This document shows, piece after piece, positions 61,317 through 64,000 of a stretch of 64,000 bases of DNA. This DNA comes from an uncultured delta proteobacterium (GTDB taxonomy: Bacteria > Myxococcota > Myxococcia > Myxococcales > Anaeromyxobacteraceae): contig CAWJSR010000045.1 in NCBI GenBank assembly GCA_963845515.1, positions 170,108 to 234,107 of the forward strand, given 5' to 3'. The position numbers and the translations under genes are program-made. The notes beneath the pieces are model-generated. The model was not told the DNA's origin. It did not search any database and was given only the letters and a program-made list of their open reading frames with translations. Position 1 is the first letter of the stretch. Every line of letters begins with the position of its first letter.

Positions 61317-62160
61317 ACGACGACGGGCTCATTCGCTACAGCCGGCAGATCCTGCTGCCTCAGGTGGGGATCGCGGGCCAGGAGAAGCTCGCCGCCGCCA
61401 CAGTCCTTCTTATCGGGGTCGGTGGACTCGGCTCGCCGATCGCGCTGTATCTTGGCGCGGCGGGCGTCGGCCGCCTCGTTATGGTGGATCCCGACGTCGT
61501 GGACCTGTCGAATCTCCAGCGGCAGGTGGCGTTCGACGAGCGAGACATCGGCCGCCCCAAGGCGGTGGCCGCTGCCGCTCGGGTGCAGGCGCTGAACCCG
61601 AGCGTCCGCACCGAGACGGTGGTCGCGAGGCTCTCCCGCGCCGAGTTGGCCGCGTGGGTTCGGAATGCGACCGTGGTCGTGGATGCCAGCGACAACTTCG
61701 AGACACGCAACGCGGTAAACGAGGCCTGTGTGGCGGCGCGACGTCCGCTTGTCTCTGGCGCGGCCATCCGGCTCGAAGGGAAGGTGGCGGTGTTCCGACA
61801 CGATCGGCCAGGGATGGCCTGCTACGGCTGTGTCTTCGATGGCGGCGGAGACCTGGGCGAGAGCTGCAGCGACAGCGGCATCCTCGGTCCGGTGGTCGGG
61901 CTCATCGGATCCATCCAGGCGATGGAGGCGATGCGGGTGATCCTCGATCTTGAGGGGGACTCTCGGGGCGGCTGCTCGTGTTCGATGCACGACGAATGGT
62001 CTGGCACGACCTGGAGGTTCGCAAGCGGGCCAACTGCCGGTCGTGCGGGACAGGCGGACCACGACTGCGGCCGCGCGAGCACGAGGGTGAGAGCACAGCC
62101 GTTGGCACGTCGCCGGCTCCCTGCTCCGTCGCGCGCGCCCACGTCCGTGGCGAGAAGTGA
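61313..62160 (+). CDS. MoeB/ThiF E1-like adenylyltransferase, frameshift near 61960
   Basis: RYSRQI, GVGGLG, VDLSNLQRQ, DNFETR, CYGC, SCSDSG, NCRSC; no rhodanese domain. Confidence 0.92.
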
Positions 62161-62189
62161 ACGCATCCCACGATGAGGGAAAGGACATC

Positions 62190-63623
62190 ATGAAGCCGGT
62201 CATTCAGTTCAGGTGGAAGCTCGAGAGGGATTCGGCGACCCAGCGGCTCTTCTACTACGGGCTGCGGAACTACCCGAACCACACCCGGCGCGTTCTGCCG
62301 CTGGCGAGGGAGACGGTCGACGTTCTCGAGAAGCTGGATGGAGCGAGGTCACTCGAGGAGGTGCTGGCGGGGGCGGGCGCGGAGACGCGAGCCCAGTTCC
62401 AGGTCCTCGTCACCGAAGGCGCCGTCGTCGACGCGGCTTGCCGCCGGCAGCCGAGCGAGGCCGGGCGGCACAGGACCTGCGTCCGCTGCGTCAACAACGA
62501 CTGGGTGCTGCCGGGACTCGAGTTCGACGACCACGGCCTCTGCGCCTTCTGCCAATGCCTCGAGAAGGTCCCCGATACGAAGGGCAGCTACATGGTGGGA
62601 GGTGACACCATCAGCGAGGACGAGCTGCGTCAGCGTCTAGCGCGAAACCGCAGTCGATTCGACGCGCTCGTGCTGTACACCGGCGGGAAGGACTCCTCGT
62701 TCCTCCTCTGGTACCTCGCGAGAAAGCTGGGGCTCAGGGTCCTCGCGTGCAACTGGAACCTGCCCTTCGCGAGCGACTCGTCCCGCCGGAACATGGAGGC
62801 AGCGCGCCGTCGCCTCCACGAGGTGGAGTTCGTCGAGCGGACCGTGGCGTGGGACGACATGAAGCGAACGATGCGAGCGCTCGTCTCCCAGTACGGGATC
62901 CCCTGCATCTGCCCATTCATTTCGTATGCGCTGTTCTACCCGCTTGCAGTGACCGAGGGGATCCCGCTGATCATGGACGGGATCGAGGCCTCACAGACGG
63001 CGCTCGCAAAGGCGTCGGCGCCGCTCACGGCGACCGAGGCCGGCGCCCAGATGTCGGAGCGCGACCTGACTCTTGCCTACTTCCGCAACCTGGCCCTCCC
63101 GTCCGACGGGAAGCCCAACACATACATCGACGAGTATGTCGCGTCGCTCCGGGAGCAGCTGCCGCGGGCGTTCGATCCGGTCCGTGCCATAGTGACGGAG
63201 GCTGAGCGCTGGACGCTCCCGGTGATCAAGCGGCTCCAGACCGACAAGCTCTACAGGCGTTGGGAAGACGTGGCGGAGCTGCTCGCGAGGGAGCTCGACT
63301 GGCAGATGCCGCCGGGCCAAGTGGGGATGTTGCACACGAGCTGCTCCATCGAGAACGTCAAGGACTTCGTCCAGTTTCGCGGATTCGGGGACATGACGCG
63401 TCCCTTCTTCCCGATGTCGATGATCGAGCTGAGCTCGGCCGTGACTTTTGGGCACGTCACGAGGCGCGAGGGGCTGGCCGAGATGTCTGAGCGCGGCTTC
63501 CGCAACCCCGAGCCAGCAGTCACCGAAATGCTCCAGGTCCTCGGCTTCACGCGGGCGGACCTCCCGAAGATGCATCCCGACGTCCAGCGGATGTTTGAGC
63601 GCTGCGAGTTCCCGGGAGACTGA
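62190..63623 (+). CDS. PP-loop (AANH) ATP pyrophosphatase with Cys motifs and N-terminal PqqD/RRE-like domain
   Basis: LEKLDGARSLEEV wHTH pattern; CVRC..CAFC; YTGGKDS; CIC; HTSC. Confidence 0.82.
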   Translation: MKPVIQFRWKLERDSATQRLFYYGLRNYPNHTRRVLPLARETVDVLEKLDGARSLEEVLAGAGAETRAQFQVLVTEGAVVDAACRRQPSEAGRHRTCVRCVNNDWVLPGLEFDDHGLCAFCQCLEKVPDTKGSYMVGGDTISEDELRQRLARNRSRFDALVLYTGGKDSSFLLWYLARKLGLRVLACNWNLPFASDSSRRNMEAARRRLHEVEFVERTVAWDDMKRTMRALVSQYGIPCICPFISYALFYPLAVTEGIPLIMDGIEASQTALAKASAPLTATEAGAQMSERDLTLAYFRNLALPSDGKPNTYIDEYVASLREQLPRAFDPVRAIVTEAERWTLPVIKRLQTDKLYRRWEDVAELLARELDWQMPPGQVGMLHTSCSIENVKDFVQFRGFGDMTRPFFPMSMIELSSAVTFGHVTRREGLAEMSERGFRNPEPAVTEMLQVLGFTRADLPKMHPDVQRMFERCEFPGD

Positions 63624-63764
63624 GCCAGGTCAGGGCGCGGATAGCTCTACGCGGCAGACCTACTGGTCGCAACGCTCAAGCGGCTCGGCGTGGGTGCGGC
63701 TATCGCCATGGACGACCACGTTCTCTCGACTGGCGTCGGGCGTAGGCTCGGCGTCGCCCCTCTC

Positions 63765-63884
63765 CCACGCGCGCTACATCCTCGAGATGGCCGTGCGGCA
63801 GGGGGCAGGCAGCAGCTCGACGCGCCGCCGCTGGTGCTGCCGAGCGGGTGGGTGGCATTGCCTTGCCTGTACGACCTCAGGTGA
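63765..63884 (+). repeat. Right copy of the direct repeat (degenerate 3' fragment of the 45830-46249 gene)
   Basis: Same sequence as 46135-46249 with a small insertion and substitutions; ends at the equivalent stop. Confidence 0.88.
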
Positions 63885-64000
63885 CGGGAACGCGAATGAC
63901 CGGCACCTGACTTCTATCGGGATGGCGGTCGCGCCGGCGCTTCGGGCGTGCGGGACGGCGCACCGGCATCGAGCCGCAACTCAACCACCGGCACCTGGGT

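Noticed and set aside
51809..62160. Housekeeping molybdopterin/thiamine synthesis or ubiquitin-like anti-phage conjugation
   Set aside because: No moaA/C/E or thiG, and no E2-like gene; the desulfurase, TusA and small-molecule enzymes point to sulfur incorporation into a metabolite
60068..62176. 702-aa ATP-grasp-MoeB fusion
   Set aside because: Frameshift near 60868; the true ATP-grasp C-terminus is in ORF 60831-61316, ending in a GTGA overlap with moeB

Overview
GC-rich bacterial window whose gene content resembles Myxococcota (Anaeromyxobacter-like); that assignment is inference. Many otherwise intact genes carry single-base frameshifts, most likely long-read indel errors. (1) 1-12.5 kb: ordinary signalling and envelope genes. 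(2) 12.7-31 kb: an arsenic/sulfur block with ArsR-rhodanese, OsmC, DsrE, arsR-acr3-arsC, Trx-CcdA-ArsP-Trx, a sigma54-driven ABC exporter, a NifS-type desulfurase, and a coupled metB-like/cysK/Ni-CODH (cooS)/NitT-TauT ABC operon lacking the usual CODH partners. (3) 31-35 kb: stacked small cassettes at tRNA-Gly(CCC) att remnants, with three homologous island ends whose arm-type repeats lie 93 bp from the core; nearby cargo includes HigBA, HicAB and a SieB-like gene. (4) 35-45 kb: a ~1,180-aa candidate defence gene split by a 5.1-kb transposon with readable ends, plus an XRE/GIY-YIG pair sharing a twin operator. (5) 46-63.9 kb: a ~17.5-kb island bounded by a direct repeat. It carries an atypical tRNA-Cys and a 15-gene operon combining a full protein-thiocarboxylate sulfur relay (desulfurase, TusA, MoeB, ThiS/MoaD-GG, JAMM) with a divergent LysA, B12 radical SAM, methyltransferase, PLP trans-sulfuration enzyme, amidohydrolase, ATP-grasp ligase, PP-loop enzyme and MFS exporter. 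This operon is the best candidate for an undescribed pathway, a sulfur-containing amino-acid/dipeptide natural product; the cysK-cooS-ABC operon is the second. All family calls come from motif recognition by eye; no searches were run.
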